A stretch of DNA of 64,000 nucleotides from a virus (IMGVR_UViG_3300028833_000074:32001-96000), one strand, 5' to 3'. Shown: positions 35,901-45,174, counted from the first letter of the stretch. Made by a program: numbers and translations. Notes: a model not told the origin generated them from the letters alone.

Positions 35901-37215
35901 ACATTTATATTTGCATATTAATGGTATCAATAAAACGTTATCACATATACATGCAGATATAAAAATATCCGATAGCAAAGGACACACTTCATCAATAACA
36001 ATATACAACGTAGATAATGATTTATTTAATATACAAGAAGACATCTTGCCTTATATTAAAGATAAAAACGTTTCAATTCAAGTTAGATTTATTAATGCAA
36101 ATATTAATAAATATATCATTATTACCGATTGTTATTTAATCGCTGAAAAAGACAATAGTCACATTATTACACCATCATTATTGGAAGAAAATACCATTAT
36201 TAACCATTATGACAACAACTCTTATTTAATTTCAACCGAAAACCTCTGGCATCTTAACGATACCAAACCTTACTATTTGAGTGGTAGACAACTCCATAAT
36301 GGTTTATTATGCTATTTAGATTTTGGTAAATTAAATAGTGATGAATATATTAGATTATACGATATACAACTTGTAATTGAATATAAAAATAAATATGGTG
36401 TATTTATCACCGACAGTATTGATATATCTGACAATCCATTCCCAAAACAATTGCTCTCTGGAGATATTGTCAAAAATCAAGGTGAAAATTGGGGTGCAAT
36501 TAAGGTATCTGAAATAAGTTTAAATAATTTAGAATACGAAGTTAATATTAATACAGATAATGAAGATTTATTAAATTCATTGCCACTATTTAAAGCAATA
36601 TCACAATCTTTTATTGCCGATACAAGTAATATATATAAGATTGACTTTAAATATGATGGTCGAAGTGGTTATCCAAGTGAATATATCTATGTAGCGTTAT
36701 ACGATGACAATGGTAATACACCAGACAATTTAATCGCTCGTAAAAAAATCCAAACACCAAATGTTAGTAGCATTTTCAGTTTTGATTTTTACATTGATAA
36801 AATTAATGTTGGTGAAAAATATTGGATAATAATTGAAGATGACAACGCTGACAGATATAATCACCATAATTTTAAATATAATTTAAATAGCGATGTCGGT
36901 AATCTTATTATAACTGAAGAAAACAACTTCAGTACCAAATATGAAAATATGGCTTTAAGTTTTGCAATTGAAAGCAGTTATAATATTTCTGAATATCATG
37001 ATTTACCAGTTACATGGGAATTAGATACAGATATTGACAGCGATTTTAAGTTATATAATGCATTATATCGTTTTAATACAACATCATTGAGCAATGTATT
37101 TATTAAAGATTTATTAATCCGAAGTGGATATACAGAAACTGATGACGATTTTATTGATGAATCTTCAATAATAGATGTTGATGCTGATAATTTTGAAGAA
37201 GATGATAACTTATGA
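29914..37215 (+). CDS. Giant tail/baseplate protein with DUF11-like Ig domains and four zinc ribbons
   Basis: 2433 aa; DUF11-like units (TYTYKVTLKS..LP..GTWTI), PEPEPEP linker, four CxxC-x10-CPxC motifs. Confidence 0.65.
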   Translation: MNYVYPTKIEGVEGWSTKTNTQKMTNKSYLCSNSTALAYWGVKNPTYKGHPLRNWPDSVTTPSGSYYRPEEIIASGFVVPNAPDEAYVTSIELEYKWEQIAYSSLTSFGKFDNPIITLKKNGTKIANFTGHKPANNGRCTNNGKNVDSANLATLYSHKINLGNHKITIKDLKKNIKLHFHPQKNQASNHCRIVMQFLRFKITYKDIDPTFKITNTLSHKEQKVDKTYTYKVTLKSTNKRVAKNLPVTITLPKNTTVTKASTTTGSGSYKEGTWTIKTFKKDTATLTLTCKTTKETSKQTFKASFSLYNKGNASASMKISKESVPAPSQPDKPEPEPEPTVINFTFTTNGKKPLVYKAVDNKPLTINVSMIRNKVSEENDEKIIINTDGLITTNIWQGIKDFNIQQDKIDTSKWIIDNIKTSNINLYANVVLDTPDEYHMTALHTESNLDDIKRNIDLTVMEQDLQKEFFKLRLEDGSDVRYNSLIFTAGDDLTTPITYDVENVSNPLIDNITIIGETKRIPTQQAKFITFDINIDMPEDKVFENVIAYLDVYNNEGEQCDDIIIGGDKNITVYNGLTNKYCIIKKLYSNQTNKIKLIVQSDIEQECILKIKPLNYGDEKYTNGEWQASHIIFKDIPNIEMKIEGITELTYVDDNDAYFCLRYIIQNKSNVDGTNVKFKIQEPPIFKRDTSPQGHRSPTLTAIDSNTHPSFNENSRILTFPLLEANSSKYILEICYKAQKKGIYDFIIKTLDDKKSTEDDQYANMYQHKLLVNIDSSVDVRTTVTNNHPYLDEIFDFKIYVKNYFKNQNEFIFNIKDIGQYENAHEQNHFIIENVECQDGVFYPSDNQNQLGIWKITNIKAGDIFELILSLRPTDTKIHVIETEFIDTQLNRQKYRNEIDVLEPNKKIDFNVYHAVNHSDEDIDCQNCDKLTIICDDDFINLNDDIYYIFEITNNNKNPINYINLYARLPSSFLNNGIKCYNKNYPPSINSNNLVSFRINSIDGCQTKKFCIKVTPSQQGTFLSNFMLSTHNAHVLHRQLKLTVDSHYNARTTEHEITIYNFEKTNRYFRREMDNQGNLFKFFNKGDISKRTLDIEKHNASKVETYKGSTLKDIIQQIKDNSKYVEPELLRIGNNHLATKSYEMYPNGFINRFGLLNSEVFHYAGQLPTTSNLVDYAMRWDVDTWDTKVWTGNDYQNGVFDLTIDYAKIPTNFNILELDNPIGNLQSLVNRVKPFGTKAICYYSNSIKLTLKMELDLLSTTIDNNFLFDIELDKLGIITWYNRHDNSIYTTYDIHYFESEFDDIKVKTLNNMGKIDVNDDLETNMTYSIDIFKDKMSQQYIHECYNIVQNLLSSNIAITKEKNNLNLPLQKINRNSYINKLYDGDIYEFYFNGDIENEQIAGIYIENDRDIIACLRQRIDPFINHFTLQENDNTISSTNISNPYNFSIQVQCCTLQNNTKYRILHFWISTNDRKYQYLGYYFVTNYNDIVLYVNNSAGLPITYTQTSTKIDIEEEYDLTKDTPITFSIDDSIKKINETHNDIHLQSSALKWDNINNLNASNKYAIVYNDSNVDKECKASSLQTPKIMLRYDNINIDDTDEIQNIYVNLKANANYDFINNTTINIQKDGDYYLPNNNTSHKTYYPNNITNVNQTFISALNIQQPNITICGNCLRTSLGYYDECPYCNSNKVSHSDEKEAITICYECNWVSNGWNNYCPHCLSKHIEKTFADYNKTYCNKCHTLHDNYYSTCPSCFSKDVTYLQNNEKIYQIFDINTQNIEPIIIKSNINKINVCNIKIPLNKHTNELTQLKTLSLILTTTNHNDGKYYYCPDCESGGLGNYDKCPYCNSVSIENNIINNINFDIYATVNNQTSLLQSYNQFTDTNKIFIDILDLAKTNAKEYFTLSIYAENPFYQQNNNELHALNIAEEYQQEILTINNINISIDNIGLESKYKNEHEWENLNSLYGQQHQGVIYQTNEYNNDYINFSNFNIDEKNLKHLYLHINGINKTLSHIHADIKISDSKGHTSSITIYNVDNDLFNIQEDILPYIKDKNVSIQVRFINANINKYIIITDCYLIAEKDNSHIITPSLLEENTIINHYDNNSYLISTENLWHLNDTKPYYLSGRQLHNGLLCYLDFGKLNSDEYIRLYDIQLVIEYKNKYGVFITDSIDISDNPFPKQLLSGDIVKNQGENWGAIKVSEISLNNLEYEVNINTDNEDLLNSLPLFKAISQSFIADTSNIYKIDFKYDGRSGYPSEYIYVALYDDNGNTPDNLIARKKIQTPNVSSIFSFDFYIDKINVGEKYWIIIEDDNADRYNHHNFKYNLNSDVGNLIITEENNFSTKYENMALSFAIESSYNISEYHDLPVTWELDTDIDSDFKLYNALYRFNTTSLSNVFIKDLLIRSGYTETDDDFIDESSIIDVDADNFEEDDNL

Positions 37216-37373
37216 AACTAACAACAGAGGCAGAAATCAAACAAATTATTGAAATAGTAGACAAGGAAACTGGTCAAAAAAATTTTCTCATTGAAGAAGA
37301 TGGCGAATGGATACAAATAGCAAAAGAAAAATATTATCAAATATTACAAGGTGATAAAAATGGCGAACAATAA
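37212..37373 (+). CDS. Small protein (53 aa) missing from the ORF track
   Basis: ATGA overlap with the upstream stop; MKLTTEAEIKQIIEIVDKETG...; fills the intergenic gap. Confidence 0.6.
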   Translation: MKLTTEAEIKQIIEIVDKETGQKNFLIEEDGEWIQIAKEKYYQILQGDKNGEQ

Positions 37374-37776
37374 ATATATAACACCAGAAGGTAAAACAAA
37401 ACTTTTACAATTGGGTTTTCTTAATAATACAAGTGGAACATTTAGTTATCTTGCATTAGGTGGCGAAGGTAGTTCTGCAGCAATATCTAACGATAAAAAT
37501 CAATTTTCAGAAGTGACTGGAGATAATTATCATAGAGTTCAATTAGAACAAGAAGGAGAAATTAGAACAGACTCCCAGTCTATTACATTATCAGCATTTT
37601 TTGAAGATATGAATTATAACCCATCTCAAGGGGGAACTATTACTGAAATAGCAGTTGTAGACAATGACGAAAACTCTGGTGAATTAGATACATTTTTCGC
37701 TTTTGCAGATGTACCGGACATTGAAAAAAACGACAATATTAGTTTAAAATATTCTATTATTATATCCATTTTATAG
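37360..37776 (+). CDS. Tail-collar/baseplate fibre-attachment protein (DUF3751-like)
   Basis: ITPEGK..L, YLALG, E..YHRV, TITEIAVVD pattern; GGTGA RBS before ATG 37360. Confidence 0.65.
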   Translation: MANNKYITPEGKTKLLQLGFLNNTSGTFSYLALGGEGSSAAISNDKNQFSEVTGDNYHRVQLEQEGEIRTDSQSITLSAFFEDMNYNPSQGGTITEIAVVDNDENSGELDTFFAFADVPDIEKNDNISLKYSIIISIL

Positions 37777-37785
37777 GTGAATATT

Positions 37786-40700
37786 ATGCCATCTTATTAT
37801 AATCGTGTCAAAGGCACATTGGAAGTTGCCAAATTGGCACAATCTTCAGACATACATTTAATTCAATCAAGCATACAAGATGCTATTTCAAGTTTAATCG
37901 TTGATATGTTTGGACCGGCATATATATTAGGACAACAAGAAGATGACTTAAAACTTGTACCTACAGCGATTCACGTTGACCAATCTAATACATATTATGA
38001 CAATGAACAACAATGGATTTCTTGTTATGAACGATACTTACGTCAAAATATTAGCATTAATAAATCTTCAATTGAAAGTATTAAAGTACATATGAAAAAT
38101 GATTCAAACTTAACTATCCCAGTTTATGCTGAAATTAGGGATATTAATTTTGATTTTATTCAAGAATCAAACGCTATTTTAAATCCAACCGACGAAGATG
38201 GATATCAAGAAGTAGAATTTAATTTTAACTTACATCATTTAGGCGTTGGTCATTATTATTTTGTCATCAAACCTATTGATATTTCAACCGCCGACTTAAT
38301 CGTAAATGGTGACGAAACCGAATACGATAACATTAATGAAGATACATTCCTTATCAGATATGATAGGGGTGGAAATTATCGTGAAGGATTAGAAGCATCA
38401 TATAATGGGGTTGATTATCTTAATGCATATTTATTAGAAGACCAACTTGAAAGTGATGATGATTTTAACATAGTATTACACGAAAATAATTTTGATTTAT
38501 ATTTTGAACAAGTTTTTAGTTCCGGTAACACATATTTGATTACACCGGGCGCAGCAGTTGTACATGGACAAAAGGTTTACCCTATCGATACTCACGTTAC
38601 TATTGATGGTCCTTCTCCATTAGGCGATAGAACCGACCTTGTAACCTTATCACAAGAAGGTATTTTAAATGTGATTAAAGGTAAAGTATATACTGGTAGT
38701 TTGGAAAATAATCGCCCAAAAAGTGATAATGGTTTAAAGATTGCATACATTACAACCTTTAAAAATGGTGTATCACAATGGAGATGCCCTATATGTGGTA
38801 ATATTAATGATGGTAATATTAAAAAATGTTTAAAATGTAATGAGGGTGAATTATCCATATCCAACAAAATTCCACTTGTTGAACAAAATGATGATAATTA
38901 TATCACCAGACAAAGAGATGTATTAGAACGCCTACGTCGTTTAGAGAAAAAAATTGACTATCAAAGCGAATATAATTCTCCAACAAGAATTAAATATATT
39001 TGTACTACCGACCCTATTCTTACAGAAAATACAAGTACAAATTACCAAGGTGATGGAACATATGGTATGACAACCATTAAAAATTCTGATGGACAATCTA
39101 TTACCATACCACAAACAGATACAAATATCATACAATTAGCATGGTCTATTATCAAAAGAACATATACACGTTCATACATCGATAGTTATACAACAACATA
39201 CTCAACAAACAAAAAAACAGTTACAACAAAATATATTTTAGACGCAATGGATGTGGCTATACCATATAAAAAGCCAAAGAAAATGACGTCTGCTGATTAT
39301 TATATTCTTAATTTTGTATATAAAGACGAGTATGTTAATAGCACAAAAACATCATCTAAAACAGTTAATAATACTTTAAAAACCACAGAAACTACAACTA
39401 CTCGTAATAAAGGTGTCAGTAAGGTAGACATAAAACTTACATTAAAATATGGTAAAAAAGTGGTTTATGAAAATACGCATACAACAACAAATAGTGGTCA
39501 AATTAAAATTGATATCTATAAGACTTTTAACTTTTTAAAAGCCGGCGAATATACAATGACCGCTACATATACAGATGCTAACAAAACTAAACATAAAATT
39601 ACAAGTAAAATCACAATATATTCTGGTAGTTTTACATCTAAACTAAAGGAAAACAAACAAACTTTTAGCGTTAAACAAGTTGTTGAAACACAAACAGCAA
39701 ATGGAAAAACACCAAATTATAAGGATATCACATATGATATACCAGATGATATTATTGCCGGCAATGATTCATTTTATCTTGATGGAGTGTCAGTCGATAC
39801 AGACAATGGTAAGGTTTATATTGATAAGGTAAGCAATCCAAATGAAAAATATATCGTAAATACACCATTGGAAAAAAGCAAGCAATACACATCACAAGAA
39901 ATTACTTATCAAATAAGCAATAATACAAAATCATTAAACAGTCAATATCCAGTATTAAATCTTGTATTTGAAAAAGATACATTTGTACATAGTTTGACAC
40001 CATATATTAACACGTTTAAAAATATGAAAAACTTTGGTATCATTTTATTCCGCAATGATGAAGTTTTTAATTTAACTCAATCTAAACGTATTTCTTACCA
40101 AAAGAAACTTGAAAACGACCCAGTCTTTGAAAATGTTTATTCAAGTACCTTAATTAATATTGCACCAATTTCAACATCTAAAAATGGTAAACGTGTATTG
40201 AAAGAATATCATAAATTTATTGTAGACAAACAAATCCCAGAAGGTACATACTCATTGCTTGTTTATGGACAATTAGAATCTAATCAAAGTGAAGGTGCTA
40301 TTTATATTAATGAATATGAAACCATGAGACAAATTGATAAATATGGTACATCTACAAAATGTTTAGGTTCATGTAATCCTTCTGTTATCTATTTAGAAAG
40401 CAATAATGTCTCAAGCAGAAGTTGGGATTTAGTTATTGAACAACAAAATGATAAATACAAAGATAGTGGTATCTTAATTTCCAAACCATATTCAGTCGGA
40501 GCCAACATCAAAAGTTGTACAATAGATAAAAATACAAATATACCAAATGGATGTAGTTTATCTATTCAAGTATCTAACGATGGTGGAAGTAATTGGATTA
40601 CAATGGATAGCGAACATATTACTTTTCCGGGTTTAGGAACTAAATTTGCTTGGAAATTAATTTTAAAAGGTAATGGTGAATATTCACCAGAATTACTCTT

Positions 40701-42771
40701 TGATGAAACCAAAAAATATGCTATCAATTTTAACATTGCTACTGAAGAATATTACGTTGCTTATGAAGATTATCAAAGATGTTTAGAAACACCTTTAATT
40801 GATGCTAATTATGTCACACGTTTATTATTAAGCGATTATACACTTCAAAATCGTTTTAGCGAATGGGAATTTGCAAGAATCTTTATGGAAGACCCAGATA
40901 AAACAAGTAAAATTGATATCTTAACATCAAACTCAAGTACAAGTAATGTTCCAGCAACACAAAAAAAAGATAACTGGGATAGAAGCATTTTCTTCAATCA
41001 AATATTTGCAGATTTAACGCTTGATGACTTTAAACATACCTCTGTTGATTACAATAATTACGATGGCAATCTTGAATATGACGAGCATAATTATCGTTTT
41101 AAATATGAAACCGATAATAATTACAATTATCAAGCCGGTGAAGTAATTGCGACAGCAAATGACGCATTAAAATTTACTAATTACGACAATATTGATACAA
41201 GTAATTTTACTGTAGACAATCATTTAAATGATACTTATGCATATTATGGCAACGATGATGAAGGCAGTATTCATACTGGTATGCATATTGAAACAGCCCC
41301 ACACTATGGAAATAAATATATGCCGGATAACCCAAATAATGATACTATTTATTATAATTCAGCAGAAGATGCAACTTACGACCCACAAATGATTATTGCT
41401 GGTGTCGTATTTGATAATGGTTTTGATATTACCGATAACTATACCGGATTAAATATAGATATTATACCATATATTTATGGTAAAGATAGACCACAAAATG
41501 AAAATGGACAAAATATCTTACCAGCCGGTACACTTGAAATTGTTGTATCACTTAATGAATATGGATTAGTTGAAGATAGCACAGCAACATATGGAAAAGC
41601 ATACACAATTGATGTAGACCTTGTAAGTGGCGAACATAATAATATCTCTGTACCTAATATATATGATGATTTTTATGGATATCAAGATGTACGCTGTATA
41701 GGTATTAGAGTAAAAGATATTACACCAACCTTTGAAGATGACAACCATGTAACAAAAGAAATTACTACAACAATCAGAAATGATGGTACAAATGGTGACA
41801 GTATATGTATTGGTAATATCGTTTTAAGTGGATATAACGTCAGACACTATTTCCCAACTGATTCATATAAATGGGTTAGGGGAGAAGTTGATGGTGGTGT
41901 CACAAAAGATAGCGCATCAATACAAAATCAACAATCTTGTGCATATATTGAGTATGCTATCGGTACCAATAGTGCTGGAAATTACGCATCTTATCGATAT
42001 GGAAGATATTTATTGGATTCAACTGCAACCCCTTCAATTAGTAATACATTAAATAGTCAAGCCATTAAAATTTTCAATAAAAATAATACTTTTGTAACAA
42101 CTACATCTACAAACAATGCCAATAAGGCTGTACTATCCAATAAAAAAATTACAACCACTATTAATAACCAAGAATATACAAGTAGTTTATTAAGTTACCC
42201 TAATATGCTATTTAAATTTACTAATGCAGAAACCGGATATCTATTTTATATAGACACAGACTTCTCTTTAAGCCCATATGACCTCATTGATGTTAGATAT
42301 TATATGGATACAGAACAAGTTGAAGGTGGTAATGCATCTAATAATGGCGCTACCAATATCAATACTTGGGGTGGAAACACATGGCAAACAAATGGTCAAT
42401 TTAAAACCGGTGATATTATTATTGAGTTTTATGATAACAGAGACCATTTGAATACCGAGCCTATTGAAAGTTTCCCATTGCCAGCATGGGGTCAAGTGCA
42501 AACAAGAGCGCAACAAACTAATAAAGTTGTATCAGCATGGTTTAAAAAACGTAATGGTGGAAGAGTTAAACGTATTGTTTTGAGAAGAAATAATCCAACA
42601 CATGATGAACTTTATGATATACATTTACATATCGAAAGTATTCGTATGTTTAATTCAAAAACAATGCCAGCATTAGGACCACAACTACAAATGAGAATCT
42701 ATCCAAACAACATTGATAATTTAACTAATACAAAAATTAGAAAATTTGGTGTTGTTTATAGATTGGCATAG
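37786..42771 (+). CDS. Large baseplate/tail protein (DUF4815-like) with a RanBP2-type zinc finger
   Basis: AGGTGA RBS; PGAAVVHG..RTDLVTL..G and DVLERLRRLE..Y motifs; WRCPICGNINDGNIKKCLKC. Confidence 0.6.
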   Translation: MPSYYNRVKGTLEVAKLAQSSDIHLIQSSIQDAISSLIVDMFGPAYILGQQEDDLKLVPTAIHVDQSNTYYDNEQQWISCYERYLRQNISINKSSIESIKVHMKNDSNLTIPVYAEIRDINFDFIQESNAILNPTDEDGYQEVEFNFNLHHLGVGHYYFVIKPIDISTADLIVNGDETEYDNINEDTFLIRYDRGGNYREGLEASYNGVDYLNAYLLEDQLESDDDFNIVLHENNFDLYFEQVFSSGNTYLITPGAAVVHGQKVYPIDTHVTIDGPSPLGDRTDLVTLSQEGILNVIKGKVYTGSLENNRPKSDNGLKIAYITTFKNGVSQWRCPICGNINDGNIKKCLKCNEGELSISNKIPLVEQNDDNYITRQRDVLERLRRLEKKIDYQSEYNSPTRIKYICTTDPILTENTSTNYQGDGTYGMTTIKNSDGQSITIPQTDTNIIQLAWSIIKRTYTRSYIDSYTTTYSTNKKTVTTKYILDAMDVAIPYKKPKKMTSADYYILNFVYKDEYVNSTKTSSKTVNNTLKTTETTTTRNKGVSKVDIKLTLKYGKKVVYENTHTTTNSGQIKIDIYKTFNFLKAGEYTMTATYTDANKTKHKITSKITIYSGSFTSKLKENKQTFSVKQVVETQTANGKTPNYKDITYDIPDDIIAGNDSFYLDGVSVDTDNGKVYIDKVSNPNEKYIVNTPLEKSKQYTSQEITYQISNNTKSLNSQYPVLNLVFEKDTFVHSLTPYINTFKNMKNFGIILFRNDEVFNLTQSKRISYQKKLENDPVFENVYSSTLINIAPISTSKNGKRVLKEYHKFIVDKQIPEGTYSLLVYGQLESNQSEGAIYINEYETMRQIDKYGTSTKCLGSCNPSVIYLESNNVSSRSWDLVIEQQNDKYKDSGILISKPYSVGANIKSCTIDKNTNIPNGCSLSIQVSNDGGSNWITMDSEHITFPGLGTKFAWKLILKGNGEYSPELLFDETKKYAINFNIATEEYYVAYEDYQRCLETPLIDANYVTRLLLSDYTLQNRFSEWEFARIFMEDPDKTSKIDILTSNSSTSNVPATQKKDNWDRSIFFNQIFADLTLDDFKHTSVDYNNYDGNLEYDEHNYRFKYETDNNYNYQAGEVIATANDALKFTNYDNIDTSNFTVDNHLNDTYAYYGNDDEGSIHTGMHIETAPHYGNKYMPDNPNNDTIYYNSAEDATYDPQMIIAGVVFDNGFDITDNYTGLNIDIIPYIYGKDRPQNENGQNILPAGTLEIVVSLNEYGLVEDSTATYGKAYTIDVDLVSGEHNNISVPNIYDDFYGYQDVRCIGIRVKDITPTFEDDNHVTKEITTTIRNDGTNGDSICIGNIVLSGYNVRHYFPTDSYKWVRGEVDGGVTKDSASIQNQQSCAYIEYAIGTNSAGNYASYRYGRYLLDSTATPSISNTLNSQAIKIFNKNNTFVTTTSTNNANKAVLSNKKITTTINNQEYTSSLLSYPNMLFKFTNAETGYLFYIDTDFSLSPYDLIDVRYYMDTEQVEGGNASNNGATNINTWGGNTWQTNGQFKTGDIIIEFYDNRDHLNTEPIESFPLPAWGQVQTRAQQTNKVVSAWFKKRNGGRVKRIVLRRNNPTHDELYDIHLHIESIRMFNSKTMPALGPQLQMRIYPNNIDNLTNTKIRKFGVVYRLA

Positions 42772-42779
42772 GTGATAAA

Positions 42780-43196
42780 ATGGAAGAAGAATTTAGCGTA
42801 CAAATGGCTGATGAAGTTCAAGGCGTTGATTATAGAAGAGGTATCCAAGAATCATTAAATCAACAACAAAATGCTCAAATTGAAATCGTCAATCAAATCG
42901 GTGATAAAATTGATAACATCGCCGATTCTATTACTCCAGAAGTAGATTTAACTGAAGTAACCGACATGCTCAATGAATTGGATACAAATACTCTTGCAGC
43001 ACAGAATGAAGATATCATCATGATAGTGCAAGAACAACAAGATGTAATTAATGCTCTTGATGCTAAATTAGACGCAAGTAATACAGATGCAATTACCAGA
43101 CAAAATGATAATATTTTAGGAATAATTGAAGAACAAGGCAATAAAATTAGCACACTTGAATCTAAAATTGATTTAATTTTAGAAAAATTAGAATAA
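42780..43196 (+). CDS. Acidic coiled-coil protein
   Basis: AGGTGA RBS; heptad-rich with an internal repeat (QN(E/D)(D/N)I..I..EQ). Confidence 0.6.
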   Translation: MEEEFSVQMADEVQGVDYRRGIQESLNQQQNAQIEIVNQIGDKIDNIADSITPEVDLTEVTDMLNELDTNTLAAQNEDIIMIVQEQQDVINALDAKLDASNTDAITRQNDNILGIIEEQGNKISTLESKIDLILEKLE

Positions 43197-43206
43197 GGTG
43201 TTGTAA

Positions 43207-43791
43207 ATGGAAAATAATTTACGTAAGGAAATACATGATATGTCTGAAAAGATATATCGTTTGCAAGAAAAATCAGAAAAATTAACAAATGGCCAACGAT
43301 ATGCCGCCATTAACGAAATCGAAAAAAGCATTCAACCCTTACGTAGTGATTTACGCCATCTTGAGCATGAGTTATATTCTCAAAACTCCGATAAAAAAAT
43401 TATTGTTGAACAAATTGAAAAAATAGAAAGACAAATTAACGAGTTGGAAAATATTAAAAGTGACCTTATTACTCGTATTCATACAGAAACAGAGCATACC
43501 AGACAACAATTAAATGATAAAATTATCAACTACATGCGAGAGGAGTTAACTCCTCTTAAACAAGCAGTTGAAAGTAACAAGAACGAAGTAAACAAAATTT
43601 ACAATGAAATTTATGAATTAAAGATTGACATCAAAGAATCAGAATCAAAGAGAGAAATAAGAGATGCAGAAAAATTTGACCGATTTAAGTGGGTTATTAC
43701 CGCAGTAGTAGCCACTTTGGCCGCCATCTCTTCATTATCCCTTTGGCTTGAACCAAGTGTGAAAATGTTAGTACACATTTTCTTTGGTTAA
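43207..43791 (+). CDS. Coiled-coil protein with a C-terminal TM helix (XhlA/holin-like architecture)
   Basis: Long heptad region then KWVITAVVATLAAISSLSLWL; last gene of the + strand operon. Confidence 0.5.
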   Translation: MENNLRKEIHDMSEKIYRLQEKSEKLTNGQRYAAINEIEKSIQPLRSDLRHLEHELYSQNSDKKIIVEQIEKIERQINELENIKSDLITRIHTETEHTRQQLNDKIINYMREELTPLKQAVESNKNEVNKIYNEIYELKIDIKESESKREIRDAEKFDRFKWVITAVVATLAAISSLSLWLEPSVKMLVHIFFG

Positions 43792-43793
43792 AC

Positions 43794-44000
43794 TTACCAA
43801 TCTTTTAATGCTAATTTAACATCTTGGGCTTGGACAGTTTTTCTACCAGCGTGTTTTGCGTAAGTAGTAGCCTTTTGAGATACAGAGATAACATAATCTT
43901 CTGCAGCTTGACCCAAAATGTCAATTGCGTCTGTGCTTACTCTTTCTGCACCTACACCTTTAAGTAATCTTGCAGTTGGTGCTTTTGGATATTCACTCAT
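43794..44000 (-). CDS. Archaeal histone (HMfA/HMfB family), 68 aa
   Basis: MSEYPKAPTARLLKGVGAERVS...AKHAGRKTVQAQDVKLA aligns with the HMf consensus; GGAGG RBS before ATG 44000. Confidence 0.95.
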   Translation of the reverse strand: MSEYPKAPTARLLKGVGAERVSTDAIDILGQAAEDYVISVSQKATTYAKHAGRKTVQAQDVKLALKDW

Positions 44001-44090
44001 ATTTTTAGCCTCCATGTTTTTTTTATTTCGCACGAAACTTAAACGTTGTAATACAACATTTTAATCTCACACAATATAATATTAGCATAA

Positions 44091-44483
44091 TCAAGTATTT
44101 AAACTTTTCGATTTTATCCATATTTTATTCTGTTGACATAAATCGACAAACAACTTATATTCTTCATAAGTTAAATTATATTTTTCAAGGAAAATGGGTA
44201 AATCTACCAATAAAGAATGTAAAACACCCGGAAAATCATATAATGTAATTGATAAATTTTTCATTTTTTCCTTATCTATACCTTTAATTGGTATATTATG
44301 TTTTTTTAATTCATCTATGATAACTTTTTCATAATGCTCATTGCCATCCAATTGGAATAAGTATAAACTTTGCTGTTTTTTTGTACATTCACGACAATAA
44401 TATGATAAGCCATCCGGATTATTTCTATTTTTTGAAAAACAAGATTCATCTAAAATTCTTTTACAATTATTACATTTTTTCAT
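44091..44483 (-). CDS. Zinc-finger protein
   Basis: KKCNNC...F.KN...DGL..YCREC motif found at the N-termini of phage endonucleases; no nuclease domain follows. Confidence 0.6.
   Translation of the reverse strand: MKKCNNCKRILDESCFSKNRNNPDGLSYYCRECTKKQQSLYLFQLDGNEHYEKVIIDELKKHNIPIKGIDKEKMKNLSITLYDFPGVLHSLLVDLPIFLEKYNLTYEEYKLFVDLCQQNKIWIKSKSLNT
44096..44110 (-). promoter_or_regulatory. BRE-TATA promoter of the histone gene
   Basis: CGAAAAG-TTTAAATA on the minus strand, a canonical methanogen promoter. Confidence 0.8.
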
Positions 44484-44522
44484 TTTTTAATCACAAAAAA
44501 AAAATAAATAAAGGGATATATT

Positions 44523-44906
44523 TTAAAACCATGTTGTTAAAGTATATGGTGGATAATCTCCAACATAATATTTCCAATATGGTGGGCGATATGTGTATGT
44601 TTTAGTGGATGTATAATCTTTTTTTTCCTCTAATTCTTTTAAGATATCTTCAACCAATTGTTTGACATCTATAGTTGTATCGCATTCATCACAATCACAA
44701 TCACAATCACAATCACATGTATCATTATCTTTTGCTCTTTCATACTCGGCTTCTTGCTTAAGTTGTTCCCACGCTTCTTCTTTGATTCGTTTATGTTCTA
44801 ATATTTTTTTAATAAATTGAATTTCTTCTTCAATATGACTTAATCTTTCAATAAGATAATCATAGTCTCTGTCATCTTCATAATTAACATCACAACAATT
44901 ATTCAT
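44523..44906 (-). CDS. Hypothetical protein with a Cys-Asp repeat
   Basis: GGTGA RBS before ATG 44906; CDCDCDCDCDECD encoded by (TGTGAT)n. Confidence 0.6.
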   Translation of the reverse strand: MNNCCDVNYEDDRDYDYLIERLSHIEEEIQFIKKILEHKRIKEEAWEQLKQEAEYERAKDNDTCDCDCDCDCDECDTTIDVKQLVEDILKELEEKKDYTSTKTYTYRPPYWKYYVGDYPPYTLTTWF

Positions 44907-45150
44907 CTGTATCACCAGTTTTATTATTAAAATTTTCCAATAATTTATCATGTTCACGTAACCATTCGGTACAATAAACAAGATTACTAATTTTTTCCTC
45001 TTCATCATCTTCATTATGCAATACACCTTGTGCAAATGAAAAAAAAATTGATGAAGCCAATTTTTGTGAATCTAATATTTTTAAATTATCTGGTTTAGTA
45101 AACTCCTTGATAATTTCAATTAATATTAAATCAATGTCATCTTCATGCAT
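44899..45150 (-). CDS. Hypothetical protein
   Basis: 83 aa ORF coupled to the downstream gene. Confidence 0.6.
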   Translation of the reverse strand: MHEDDIDLILIEIIKEFTKPDNLKILDSQKLASSIFFSFAQGVLHNEDDEEEKISNLVYCTEWLREHDKLLENFNNKTGDTDE

Positions 45151-45174
45151 ATCAAAAACCTTTAAAAATTATCC

